Source: an uncultured Candidatus Saccharibacteria bacterium (GTDB taxonomy: Bacteria; Patescibacteriota; Minisyncoccia; Phycocordibacterales; UBA1006). From it: DNA of 64,000 bases. Numbering within the stretch: the first letter of the stretch is position 1; every line of letters begins with the position of its first letter. Under the pieces are notes generated by a model. That model made no database searches. It worked only from the letters and a program-made list of their open reading frames with translations, and had not been told where the DNA came from. Location: the NCBI GenBank assembly GCA_964592365.1, contig CAZQDL010000003.1, positions 2,186 to 66,185 of the forward strand. The letters are read 5' to 3'. The position numbers and the translations under genes were made by a program. Shown piece after piece: positions 19,207 to 29,035 of this stretch.

Positions 19207-20136
19207 TTATGCCTTGAGATATTTGTAAATATCTTCAAGTGCCTTTACGGCATCACCAGCTGATATGTTGTTTTGATGATATCGTACATCAGTTACATCA
19301 CCCGCAGCCCAGATACCTAGTTGTGAGGTTCTTTGGGTATATGGATCAGCAACTATCTGATTGTATTTGTTTAGTTCAACTAAATCAGCAACAATATGTG
19401 AATTTGGTATTTGTCCAATTTCAACAAAAATTCCTGAAACAGCTAACGTATGCTCTTCGTTTGTTTTCAAATCTACATACTTCAGTCCATCAACGAATTT
19501 CTCACCAGTTACTTCAATAGTTTGTGCATTCACTATACCTTTCATGTTTTCATGACTTAGTACTTTTTGTACGGTGATAGGGTCTGCTTTAAATACCTCT
19601 GACTGTTGAAGAAGTGTTACTGACTTACAGTACGCAAGAAGCTGTGCTGCAGATTCAAATCCTGCATTTCCTCCACCGATAACAGCAACATCCATACCTG
19701 AAAACAAAGGTCCATCACATGAAGCACAGTAGGTAAGTCCTTTATGTTCAAGACGGTCAGCTCCATGAGCATCAATTTTTCTTCTTGAGCTTCCAGATAC
19801 CACAAGAACTGTTTTTGTCGTATGTTCATTTCCTTCAGAATCTATTACTACATAAAAATCTTCATTTTCTTTCTTCTGTACACTAGCTACTTTTAGTCCT
19901 TTTTTTAAGGTAAGTGATTGATTGTCCTCATAGTATTTAAGGTGATCTTCAAATGATTTTGCAAGATCACTTCCTGATATTTCAGGAGTACCAATCCAGT
20001 TGTAAATGGTTTCAGATACAACAGATTGACCTCCAAAATCTTCTGCGATGATAAGGGTGATTAATTTTTTTCGAGCCGCATATACTCCTGCTGCAGTTCC
20101 AGCAGGGCCAGCTCCGATAATGATAAGGTCGTACAT
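19207..20136 (-). CDS. trxB: Thioredoxin reductase / AhpF-like FAD-dependent disulfide reductase
   Basis: IIGAGPAG, YCASCDG, VIGGGNAG, AAGDVT. Confidence 0.85.
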   Translation of the reverse strand: MYDLIIIGAGPAGTAAGVYAARKKLITLIIAEDFGGQSVVSETIYNWIGTPEISGSDLAKSFEDHLKYYEDNQSLTLKKGLKVASVQKKENEDFYVVIDSEGNEHTTKTVLVVSGSSRRKIDAHGADRLEHKGLTYCASCDGPLFSGMDVAVIGGGNAGFESAAQLLAYCKSVTLLQQSEVFKADPITVQKVLSHENMKGIVNAQTIEVTGEKFVDGLKYVDLKTNEEHTLAVSGIFVEIGQIPNSHIVADLVELNKYNQIVADPYTQRTSQLGIWAAGDVTDVRYHQNNISAGDAVKALEDIYKYLKA

Positions 20137-20301
20137 ATAATATTGTTGTTACGTACTGATAATTATACTTTCGTATGCTTCGAGTATATCGTAACTCATG
20201 ATATTTACTAGATTGTTGACATATACGTATATTATACATATAATATATTTGAAAGGTTATATCTCTGACCATAACTAGAGAATATTTAAAAAATAAATAT
20301 T

Positions 20302-21753
20302 ATGTGTTTAGTACTGTGCCACAAAAAGCCACACATTGAAGAGCTTACTGAGCTTTACGTTATCAGAGAATTGGAGGGTGAATATAACCTGACAATTCAA
20401 TACAAGTTTATCAATGAATCTGAATTGCCAGGTATGTTGAAGCAATTTCCAAATGCAATTGTTCTTGGTATGGGTGATTCAGAATTTGATGAGCATCCAA
20501 GAAATGGAAAGAAAAAAGAAGCAGAAAGTTCAATAGAGCTGTTTGCTAAAAAATTTGGAGTACTAATAGAAACCAGAGAGTTTGGTGGCATTATGCATTA
20601 TGCAAAAATTAATGACACTAAAGGATCAACGATTCTTTTGGAACTAGGAAACATTGTCAAAGAGTTCTTTAAGAACTCAGAAGTTGATAAGGTTACCGTT
20701 AATTGGTTCTTTGATTACATGGACAAAGATCTTCAAATTCTTCGTTCATATACGGAAGATGAATTGAAAAGCTTGTACCTAACATCAGAAAATTCTTTAC
20801 GCATCAGCGCTAGAGAATATGACGCTCAATTCAGAGCAGATGTGAAGCGTGAACATAAGAATCGATATGATTCAATTGTTATCCCAACATTACATAGTTT
20901 CAACACTCTTGTGGCTGTACGAATTGCAAAAGCATACGGAAAAGATCTTGGCATTTCCAAAAATACTAAGATTAAATTCATCGATACAAAAAACTATCGT
21001 GTACGAAAAGGTGAATTAGCAATCGGTTTTGGTAATGGTGAATTCTCAACATTTCCAGCAGAAAAAATGTTACAAGTTTGTAACATCAAACATGATTTCT
21101 ATAACAAATTTTATGTACTGATGGAATATTTGCGATCTGTAAATTTAAGAAATGGCTATCATCAATATGAATTTGCTTCGATGTATATTCGAAGACAGCT
21201 TCAAACAAATGAAAATCTATTTCTAGGGTTATGGGACACCTACAAATGGGGTAGCCGCATTATCGATCTCTATATCAAAAAGCAACAACATTTCATTGCG
21301 GCAAAAAATGAGCTTGGAAAACTTCTAAAAGAAAAAAAGGCTTATTTTGCAAAGGTTAATGGAATGAAGGTGCTTACCGTTCATTCATACAATGAAGTTG
21401 AAATGGTAAACACTGCTTTTGCAAAAAATGGATTTCAATGTGACGTTGTTATCGCAAAGAATCTAAGAGGGAATATGGTCATCTTATTCAAAGATGAGGC
21501 CAAAAGAAGATTCAATGTTCCGGGTATTGTAAAGTCAATTCGAAAAGCAGAAATGCTTAAGCGAGGAATTAGTATTCAAGATGATAGGTACTGGCTACTT
21601 TATTCAGAAGGTATACTTGATGAAGTACCCTGGTGGTTTTATGACAAAAAAACTGGTGGTATCTTTAACGGTTCTAGAACGAGAACAGATATAGAGCCAA
21701 CGGTTATATCTGTAAACAAAGTGTTAGGAATTCTAAAATTGAACAAAAAGTAA
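20302..21753 (+). CDS. Hypothetical protein with apparently duplicated MYG1/DHH-like N-terminal module
   Basis: HKKPHIEE and IVLGMGDSEFDEH in the first module; LAIGFGNGEF in the second. Confidence 0.5.
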   Translation: MCLVLCHKKPHIEELTELYVIRELEGEYNLTIQYKFINESELPGMLKQFPNAIVLGMGDSEFDEHPRNGKKKEAESSIELFAKKFGVLIETREFGGIMHYAKINDTKGSTILLELGNIVKEFFKNSEVDKVTVNWFFDYMDKDLQILRSYTEDELKSLYLTSENSLRISAREYDAQFRADVKREHKNRYDSIVIPTLHSFNTLVAVRIAKAYGKDLGISKNTKIKFIDTKNYRVRKGELAIGFGNGEFSTFPAEKMLQVCNIKHDFYNKFYVLMEYLRSVNLRNGYHQYEFASMYIRRQLQTNENLFLGLWDTYKWGSRIIDLYIKKQQHFIAAKNELGKLLKEKKAYFAKVNGMKVLTVHSYNEVEMVNTAFAKNGFQCDVVIAKNLRGNMVILFKDEAKRRFNVPGIVKSIRKAEMLKRGISIQDDRYWLLYSEGILDEVPWWFYDKKTGGIFNGSRTRTDIEPTVISVNKVLGILKLNKK

Positions 21754-21828
21754 CAATAAGGCAGTTGTAGATATACAGCTGCCTTTTATTTTTCCTAAAA
21801 AGTAGATATACTAAAAAAAACAATAGAC

Positions 21829-22263
21829 ATGAAGAAAAATAAAATAATTCTAAGTAGAAAAAAGGTTCTGTTTAAACCAAACCTTAGTAATACAAGAGAA
21901 AATATTTTGTATAAAAAGCTACCTGTTAATTTCACCTTGGCACAAAAGGGAAGGTGCTATACCGCTTTACATACTCGCTTTAGAGTAAGTAAAAAGAATT
22001 ATATCAACATATTTATCTACGGTAGAAAGAAAACTCTTAAATCATTAAAGGAAAATACATTTCTTACCGGTGAATTAGTAATCATCGAAACGTGCTTACA
22101 CGATAGTATTCACTTTTTCGTAGATGTACCTGATGAAAAGAATCTACCTATTTTAAGACTTGTTTATGATGACTTTGTCATTCCTCAAAAAGAAAAGTTC
22201 ATACAGATAGTACCACCTCAAGGAGGAAACATTCTCCTTGAGAAAATAAAAAAAGCTGTTTAA
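21829..22263 (+). CDS. Hypothetical basic protein
   Basis: 144-aa ORF with TATACT upstream; ends in a bidirectional terminator shared with ftsZ. Confidence 0.55.
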   Translation: MKKNKIILSRKKVLFKPNLSNTRENILYKKLPVNFTLAQKGRCYTALHTRFRVSKKNYINIFIYGRKKTLKSLKENTFLTGELVIIETCLHDSIHFFVDVPDEKNLPILRLVYDDFVIPQKEKFIQIVPPQGGNILLEKIKKAV

Positions 22264-22275
22264 TACAGCTTTTTT

Positions 22276-23412
22276 CTATTTCTTTCCTCTTCTTAGAAAT
22301 GCAGGAACTGCCGACCAGTCATCTACATCATCAATTTCTTCGATTTCCTCAATTTCTTCAATTTCTTTTCGAGCCTCAGCTCTTACTATTGGTTGTTCAC
22401 GTGGCTCTTCACGTCTCACTTGTGGAGCTGGAGAAGAAACTTGTTTCTTCTGAATAATCCCATCAAATCCAGTTGCAATAACAGTAACTTTGATTTCACC
22501 TTTCTTCAAACTATCATCATGAATAGTTCCGAAGATTACACGTGCATTTGAATCAATTGATTCAGTAATAGTTGTTGCGATGTCATTTACCTCACTCATT
22601 GTTACATCATCACCACCAGATATTGCAAAGAGTACTCCCTTAGCACCATCAACTTCAATATCTAGTAGAGGTGAATTAATAGCCATATTTGCAGCCTCAG
22701 CAGCTCTGTTTTCACCTGAAGCTTTACCAATTCCCATAAATGCTGATCCAGCATCACGTAGAATGGTTTGAATATCAGCATAATCAATGTTGATAATTCC
22801 AGGAGTTGTAATTAGCTCAGAAATACTTTCAACTGCCTGTTTAAGGATGTTGTCAGAAATAGTGAATGCTTCTTTGAAGCTCATTTCTTTTCCTGCAATA
22901 GCTAGTAGCTTGTCATTTGGAATAGTGATAAGTGCATCAACTTCTTTTTCTAATGCTTCAATACCAGCTTCTGCAATTCTTCTTCGTTGTTCACCTTCAA
23001 ATCCAAAAGGTTTTGTGACTACTCCAACGGTAAGAATTCCTTCTTCCTTTGCTATACGTGCAATAACAGGAGAAGCACCAGTTCCGGTTCCTCCTCCCAT
23101 ACCTGCAGCAATGAAAACCATATCAGCACCTTTGATTGCTTCTTGGATTTCAGCTTTAGTTTCTTCAGCAGCGGATTGTCCTACTTCAGGATTCATTCCT
23201 GATCCAAGACCCTTTGTTAGGTTCTTTCCAATATGGATTTTTCTATCAGCATTTGAATGATGTAAATCTTGGGTATCGGTATTTACCGCAATGAATTCAA
23301 CACCATTAATTTTTGATGAGATCATGTGATTGATGGCATTTCCACCACTTCCTCCAGCTCCGATAACTTTAATTCGTGCGAAGGTTTCAATTTCAGGGTT
23401 TAGTTTAGGCAT
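22276..23412 (-). CDS. ftsZ: Cell division protein FtsZ
   Basis: GAGGSGGNA, GMGGGTGTG tubulin signature, C-terminal VPAFLRR. Confidence 0.98.
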   Translation of the reverse strand: MPKLNPEIETFARIKVIGAGGSGGNAINHMISSKINGVEFIAVNTDTQDLHHSNADRKIHIGKNLTKGLGSGMNPEVGQSAAEETKAEIQEAIKGADMVFIAAGMGGGTGTGASPVIARIAKEEGILTVGVVTKPFGFEGEQRRRIAEAGIEALEKEVDALITIPNDKLLAIAGKEMSFKEAFTISDNILKQAVESISELITTPGIINIDYADIQTILRDAGSAFMGIGKASGENRAAEAANMAINSPLLDIEVDGAKGVLFAISGGDDVTMSEVNDIATTITESIDSNARVIFGTIHDDSLKKGEIKVTVIATGFDGIIQKKQVSSPAPQVRREEPREQPIVRAEARKEIEEIEEIEEIDDVDDWSAVPAFLRRGKK

Positions 23413-23493
23413 AGTATATTTTTCTTATGTAATATGTTTGGTATTGTACCAAACCAATGGACAGTAGCAAGAGCTACACGGTTAATTGACAAT

Positions 23494-24654
23494 TTATGGT
23501 CTTAGTTGGGAGATAAAATAACGTACTTTCTTTTTCAAAGAAGCAAGTGAAAAAATGGATTCTGATATTTCATCTGGCCCATCAAGAGAACACAAACCGT
23601 AGGCTATTGAAAATTTAGGGCTGATAAACTTCTTTTGTTTCTTCTGGGAATCTTGTACCTCGATACGAACCAAGGTAGAAGGAATACGAAGCATTGAACG
23701 TCCAAGCTCAGCAATACCTTCTGCCAGTGAGCCACTACCTGTCCAAAATGCTCCAGCTGGTAGTAACCTATTCTTCCGAATGCTTTTAAGATGCTGTTCA
23801 ACTGACTCTACAATATCGATAATACGAGCATTTCTAATTTCCTCAACTCTCTTCTTAGGGTGGTTGTTATTTTCACCATGCTTCACAGAACGAGCCTCTT
23901 CAATTGGAATTTGCAATCCAAGAGCAAGATCATTGGTAATATCATTTGATCCTAGTGGAATAACTTTAAGAGAGGTAAGGATGCCATGTTCATAGGTACT
24001 TACCTGGGTAGTTTCTGAACCAATATTGATAAGTACAGCACCTTGTTTTCGCTGATCATTATTAAGAGAATAGGATGCATCTGCAAGTGGAGCAGCAACA
24101 ATATCCTCAATATTAATACCAACAGCTTCGATCACCGAGACAAGTGAATCAAAATGGTGTTCAGGAATTGTTACTAAAATTATTTTAGCTTCAATGCTTG
24201 ATCCAAACATACCAACAGGACTTCCAAGTACATCTCTTCCATCTACTTTATAACTAATAGGGATAACATGGAGAATCTTCTTATTCGGATACTTATCAGA
24301 AAAAAGTGTCTCAGCTTTTCCAACAACATCACTAAGATCTTGTGATGAAAGCTCAGATTCTTTTTTCTTAAGAATAATATTTGTTCGGACATATTGTGAT
24401 GCCAAACCAATACCACCAATGGAAAAAGAAGCAGACTCAAGTTTTCTCTTTGATTTTCTTTCAAATTCTTTGACAGCTACCTTTAATGCCTCAGTACATT
24501 GAGCAATATCACGTATATATCCTCTATCAATACCAAAGGAAGGTGTAAGAGATGTATGACTGATAGAAATATCCTTTCCCTCAAAAATCTCACATCCAAC
24601 GATTGCGATGTGACCTGTTCCGATATCAATAGAAGTTTGGTAAGTGTTGTTCAT
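23494..24654 (-). CDS. ftsA: Cell division protein FtsA
   Basis: IDIGT, INIGSETT, GSNDITNDLA; directly upstream of ftsZ. Confidence 0.92.
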   Translation of the reverse strand: MNNTYQTSIDIGTGHIAIVGCEIFEGKDISISHTSLTPSFGIDRGYIRDIAQCTEALKVAVKEFERKSKRKLESASFSIGGIGLASQYVRTNIILKKKESELSSQDLSDVVGKAETLFSDKYPNKKILHVIPISYKVDGRDVLGSPVGMFGSSIEAKIILVTIPEHHFDSLVSVIEAVGINIEDIVAAPLADASYSLNNDQRKQGAVLINIGSETTQVSTYEHGILTSLKVIPLGSNDITNDLALGLQIPIEEARSVKHGENNNHPKKRVEEIRNARIIDIVESVEQHLKSIRKNRLLPAGAFWTGSGSLAEGIAELGRSMLRIPSTLVRIEVQDSQKKQKKFISPKFSIAYGLCSLDGPDEISESIFSLASLKKKVRYFISQLRP

Positions 24655-24662
24655 AGGGAAGA

Positions 24663-25061
24663 CTAGCTAAATGTTACCTTGTTTAGGTAATATTGCTCTT
24701 GCTCATCCATTTTATCACTGTGTTCCATTCCTTTCAAATGCAAGCATGCATGAATGAATAGAAACATAACATGTTGATGGTAATGATGTCCGTATTTTTT
24801 TGCTTCAGACCGAGCCTTTAAGAGGGTAATAATAATTTCTCCTTCTTGCTCCTCTAAAGGAAAAGCTAAAACATTCACTGGATCATCTTTTTTCTTCCAG
24901 TCTTTATGAAGCTGAATTGAATCATGTATAGTAGGGAAGGTAAGAGACAGTAGGTACTCTTTTCCGAGAATATCGTTTTTTATAGCAAGAAAAGGCAGGT
25001 TTGGAATCCCGCCTTTTGTCATTCTGGTGATCGTGAAGTTTTTAAACTCCTTGATCTCCAT
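24663..25061 (-). CDS. ybeY: rRNA maturation RNase YbeY
   Basis: NVLAFP, GEIII, HACLHLKGMEH (H3xH5xH). Confidence 0.9.
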   Translation of the reverse strand: MEIKEFKNFTITRMTKGGIPNLPFLAIKNDILGKEYLLSLTFPTIHDSIQLHKDWKKKDDPVNVLAFPLEEQEGEIIITLLKARSEAKKYGHHYHQHVMFLFIHACLHLKGMEHSDKMDEQEQYYLNKVTFS

Positions 25062-25064
25062 ATA

Positions 25065-25307
25065 TTATCGTCGTGAACGCTTATCAGTAACAAGTCCCAT
25101 TTTTTCTTTGAGCTCGTACTCATTTCGCTTTTCAATCTTGTTTAGTGCATTTTGCTTCTTTTTGAAATCAGAATCTGCACGTTCAAAATATCGAAGTGAG
25201 CGTTTTTTTCTTAGTACTCCAGAAATTTTTATCTTTCGAGAAAATTTTCGAAGTAATCCAAGTGCGTTGTCATTTTTTGACTTTTTAATATCTACATTAG
25301 TTGCCAT
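25065..25307 (-). CDS. rpsU: 30S ribosomal protein bS21-like
   Basis: Basic 80-aa protein, LLRKFSRKIKISGVL...RYFE..S..KKK pattern. Confidence 0.75.
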   Translation of the reverse strand: MATNVDIKKSKNDNALGLLRKFSRKIKISGVLRKKRSLRYFERADSDFKKKQNALNKIEKRNEYELKEKMGLVTDKRSRR

Positions 25308-25350
25308 ATGTACCGGGATATTATCACAGGCTTGATATACGAGCAAGTCA

Positions 25351-27291
25351 CTATACGTGAATATGAACCTTCTTCTGTGCACCAAGTTCAGAAACCACCT
25401 CTCTTAACATAAGGTATTGCTTACTTGATCCCCAATGCTTAGGTTCAAATTTAATGTATATGGTAATGAGTGCTTCTTGTTTTGTTGTTCCTGGACCTAC
25501 TGAAATACTTGGATCAAATACATTAAACAATTTCTCATACTGAAAAAATGATCTTTTAAGAGTATTTTTTTTAATAGGAATTGATATTTCAACAAGGGTT
25601 TGAAATGGTGGTAGGTTGTATTTCTTTCTCTCTTTGAGTTCTCTTTTAACAAAGTCTTGAAGCATTCCTGTTTCAATAATATCAACATGAGTTAAGAGAT
25701 CCTTTCTATCTTGGATATAGGTGGTTTCCTTTGTTTTTTCAGCAATAGTTGTAAGAAGATATATCAGTTGTTCTTCGGTATCATAGCTCACACTCGAGAG
25801 TAGTGATGCAAAACTTGTAACAACTGAAATATCAACCTCATCAATCTCAAATACCGCTTTAGATGTTCCAACGATAATCAAAGGTGCATTACCTTGATAG
25901 TGTTTGATGTATTCATTCCTATCTTTGGTAGTCTTCATTTCCATTGCGTCATAGCAAATAACTTGTGCATGCGGAAAATCAATAGCTAATAAATCAGCTA
26001 GCTGTGATGTTCCTATACCCATGCGTACAAGTGAGACACCTTTACAAAACTGACAGGTATCAAAGGCTTGAATCTTCTCACCTGTCTTTACACAAACATA
26101 TACCGGTTCTTGCTTCTGTGTTACTTGGTTTTTTTGTATGAATAGACTATATGGTTTACCTGATTGTGGTGATACTGCAAGATTACCACATTCACTACAT
26201 ACCATGTGGGGTGCTTGACCTTTTTTAGGTGCATACACAAAAACTTTTTTTTGATGCGAAACTGCCTCTTTAATAGCGGTATAGCTTTCATGGTGAAGTG
26301 GATGAAATCCTTGCTTTACATGACGTAATTCTTTAATTCTCTCTGATTCAGTTTGCTTCGATGGTCCAATTGAATATCTAAGAAGTGAAATCTTTTTAGT
26401 ATCAAACATCTTTTGAGAACAAGGATCAATGGCATGCATTTCACCTTTCTGTTCTCTAGACCAACTTTTGAGATCTACCATGCTATCAGCATAGGTACAG
26501 TTACTGTGCATGTGGTAAGCAAGGCGTTCAACAACTTTACGAATATCTACATATGGTTGTGCAACATCACGTTGGTAATATGGAGAGCTACTTTGGTGAA
26601 TTATGTACTCACTAATATTTTTAGGAAACAATGCAAGAGCTGAATAGGTTCCAATAACAATTGAACCTTCATCTGATGAGTACAGAGTATTAATGAGAGT
26701 CATAAGTGCACTTGATCGCAATTTTCCATGAACAAGGTACGATCGTTCTTCAATACCTTTTGTTACCAATGAAAACACCTTCTGAGCTTCAATAACGGTT
26801 GGGCATATGATGATAAGGGATTGTTTTTTTCCAAGTGCTTCACGAGCCTTAGTTTTGTAATACCGCATCCTGTCATCATTTTTCTGCTGAAGTATATATA
26901 ATTCAGGAACTACCTCTTTTGAAGAAAAATCTTGCTTTGGTATAGAAATTTCAGAAAAATTCTTAATCATTGCTTTTGGACATAGCGATTGTATAAGAGA
27001 ACTCATACTACATAGATATAGATCTGAAATTTCACTCGCCATTGAAAGAAATGCTTCTGAAAATATTTGTGTTCGATGAATTTTCGATATATTCCTTATC
27101 TGAAACGAAGAGTTACGAAGTAATGATTTCATCTCCATTGCAGATCTCTTTGCAACAACTAAAGCAGGTACCTCTTTGTTACGAAGAGGTACTGAAACTA
27201 AAGAACCTAAAGCTACATCCTTTGCAGAAAAATAGCTGAGGTGATCTTGGGGCAATAGTTGTGACAGGGGAATAACATCAAGAATATACAT
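25351..27291 (-). CDS. priA: Primosomal protein N' (PriA)-like, degenerate helicase motifs
   Basis: N-terminal LSY...GSLVSVPLRNK, IVIGT, partial Cys cluster, GIGT, RKKYNLPPF; Walker A/B not recognisable. Confidence 0.8.
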   Translation of the reverse strand: MYILDVIPLSQLLPQDHLSYFSAKDVALGSLVSVPLRNKEVPALVVAKRSAMEMKSLLRNSSFQIRNISKIHRTQIFSEAFLSMASEISDLYLCSMSSLIQSLCPKAMIKNFSEISIPKQDFSSKEVVPELYILQQKNDDRMRYYKTKAREALGKKQSLIIICPTVIEAQKVFSLVTKGIEERSYLVHGKLRSSALMTLINTLYSSDEGSIVIGTYSALALFPKNISEYIIHQSSSPYYQRDVAQPYVDIRKVVERLAYHMHSNCTYADSMVDLKSWSREQKGEMHAIDPCSQKMFDTKKISLLRYSIGPSKQTESERIKELRHVKQGFHPLHHESYTAIKEAVSHQKKVFVYAPKKGQAPHMVCSECGNLAVSPQSGKPYSLFIQKNQVTQKQEPVYVCVKTGEKIQAFDTCQFCKGVSLVRMGIGTSQLADLLAIDFPHAQVICYDAMEMKTTKDRNEYIKHYQGNAPLIIVGTSKAVFEIDEVDISVVTSFASLLSSVSYDTEEQLIYLLTTIAEKTKETTYIQDRKDLLTHVDIIETGMLQDFVKRELKERKKYNLPPFQTLVEISIPIKKNTLKRSFFQYEKLFNVFDPSISVGPGTTKQEALITIYIKFEPKHWGSSKQYLMLREVVSELGAQKKVHIHV

Positions 27292-27351
27292 GGATACAAG
27301 TGTACGAGCTATTATCAAATATCGCAATATTAAAACACCTTTTACGGTGTT

Positions 27352-28887
27352 TTAAATTTCCTTTATCACTTCAATATCTGCTCCAATTGAATTAAGTCGT
27401 TCTACAATATTTTCATAACCACGTTTAATTGAGTATACGTTCCTTAGAATAGAACGTCCCTCAATACCAAGCATAGTTACCATGATCATGGTTGAAGGGC
27501 GAAGTGCTGGAGGACAAATAACTTCACCTGGTGAAAGGTTAAAGCCTCCTTCAATAAATACACGGTGTTGATCAGCAAGTCGTATTTGAGCACCAAGTCT
27601 ATTTAACTGTGTGAAATAGATAGCTCTATTCTCCCACATCCAATCATGGATAAGAGTAGTTCCTTTTGCTTTCAGTGCCACAGGAACGAAGAAGGGAAGG
27701 TTGTCAGTATTTATTCCAGGATATGGAGTTGCATGAATCTTGTCGGTAAGTGCATGCATACTGTGAGGTGGTAATACGGTAATATCAACAAGTTCTGTCT
27801 TCTTGTTCTTTGATTTGTAACGTATTGATTGATTAATATTTACTCCCATTTTTTCCAACTTAAGTAATTCAAGTTTAAGGAAATCAATAGGGCATCGTTC
27901 GATGGTAAGTTTTGAATTAGTTGCAATAGCAGCTGAGATAAACATCATTGATTCAATAGGATCTTCACTATTATGATGTTCAATATTTACATTAATATCT
28001 TTTACCCCATGAACGATGAGTTTCAAGGTACCAATTCCTTCAATTTTCACTCCCATTTTTTGAAGTAGAAAACAAACATCCTGAACCATGTAATTTTGTT
28101 GTGCAAAATGAATTGTCGTAGGTCCTGGAATTCCAGCAGCTGCAATTACAATATTTTCTGTAGCCGTATCTGAAGCTTCGTACATGACAATTTCTGCAGG
28201 CTTTAACTTCAATCTTTCAACAAGGTATCCAGTAGATTGTGTGGTGATATTCATACCAAGTGACTCAAGACCATGTTTATGTGCAGCAATAGTTCGTTCT
28301 CCCATTTTACAACCTCCTGCAGTAGGGATTTTAAATGACTTCATGTGGTGAACAAGTGAACCAATACACATAAGGAACGAACGTACGGTTTGTGCAGACT
28401 TCTTGTTTAGCTTATCAAAGTTATATCTCTTTGGTGGTGTTATTCTAATTGAATTCTTTGCAATCCATTCCACATCAACTCCCATACTTTCAAATATTTC
28501 AATGAATCGAAATACCTCTTGAATTCGAGGAATACCATGTAAGGTAGTCACTCCTTTGTTCAACAAGCTAGCACTCATCATCCCCATAGCACCGTTCTTT
28601 GATGTGTTTGTAGCGATAGTTCCTGAAAGCTTCTTCCCACCGTTGATGATAAAATCGTCTCGTTCTTCTCTTCGAAGTTTAATGAGTTGGTGATCAAGAG
28701 CATCACCAATTTTAATAAGTTCTTGTGTTGAAAAATTCAAGCCACCTTTTTCCATTCGTGCAACAGCACTTTGTGTCGTTTCTAGAATTTCTGCAAACTG
28801 TGCTTGCGTAAGGCCCTTTTCCTTTCGAAGCAACTTAATGAAATCACCAATCTCTTTTTGTTGTCTGTTTATTGTTTCAGTATTCAT
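27352..28887 (-). CDS. murA: XRE-HTH fused UDP-N-acetylglucosamine 1-carboxyvinyltransferase
   Basis: N-terminal LRKEKGLTQAQFAEILETTQSAVARMEKG HTH, then SKN, GGCKMGER (catalytic Cys), PYPG, RGYE. Confidence 0.92.
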   Translation of the reverse strand: MNTETINRQQKEIGDFIKLLRKEKGLTQAQFAEILETTQSAVARMEKGGLNFSTQELIKIGDALDHQLIKLRREERDDFIINGGKKLSGTIATNTSKNGAMGMMSASLLNKGVTTLHGIPRIQEVFRFIEIFESMGVDVEWIAKNSIRITPPKRYNFDKLNKKSAQTVRSFLMCIGSLVHHMKSFKIPTAGGCKMGERTIAAHKHGLESLGMNITTQSTGYLVERLKLKPAEIVMYEASDTATENIVIAAAGIPGPTTIHFAQQNYMVQDVCFLLQKMGVKIEGIGTLKLIVHGVKDINVNIEHHNSEDPIESMMFISAAIATNSKLTIERCPIDFLKLELLKLEKMGVNINQSIRYKSKNKKTELVDITVLPPHSMHALTDKIHATPYPGINTDNLPFFVPVALKAKGTTLIHDWMWENRAIYFTQLNRLGAQIRLADQHRVFIEGGFNLSPGEVICPPALRPSTMIMVTMLGIEGRSILRNVYSIKRGYENIVERLNSIGADIEVIKEI

Positions 28888-28901
28888 AGCTAAGTATTTG
28901 T

Positions 28902-28924
28902 TATCAAATATAGCGTATATGATA
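28902..28924. promoter_or_regulatory. Palindromic candidate operator upstream of HTH-murA
   Basis: TATCA-a-ATA-tagcg-TAT-a-TGATA imperfect palindrome 14 nt upstream of the murA start. Confidence 0.4.
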
Positions 28925-29035
28925 TATCTTTTAGTATATTAAAGTCAAATTATATATGTAGATAAGCTGTATATATCAAAAAAGTGTTCAAAATGCTCGT
29001 TGTTCTTTTCAGGCTTCGTGATAGTATTTTGGTAT

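Noticed and set aside
22580-23260. Antisense ORFs over ftsZ, and similar shadow ORFs over leuS, murD, prfB, ftsX, aspS and scpB
   Set aside because: They lie within well-supported genes, have no motifs, and are expected from codon bias.
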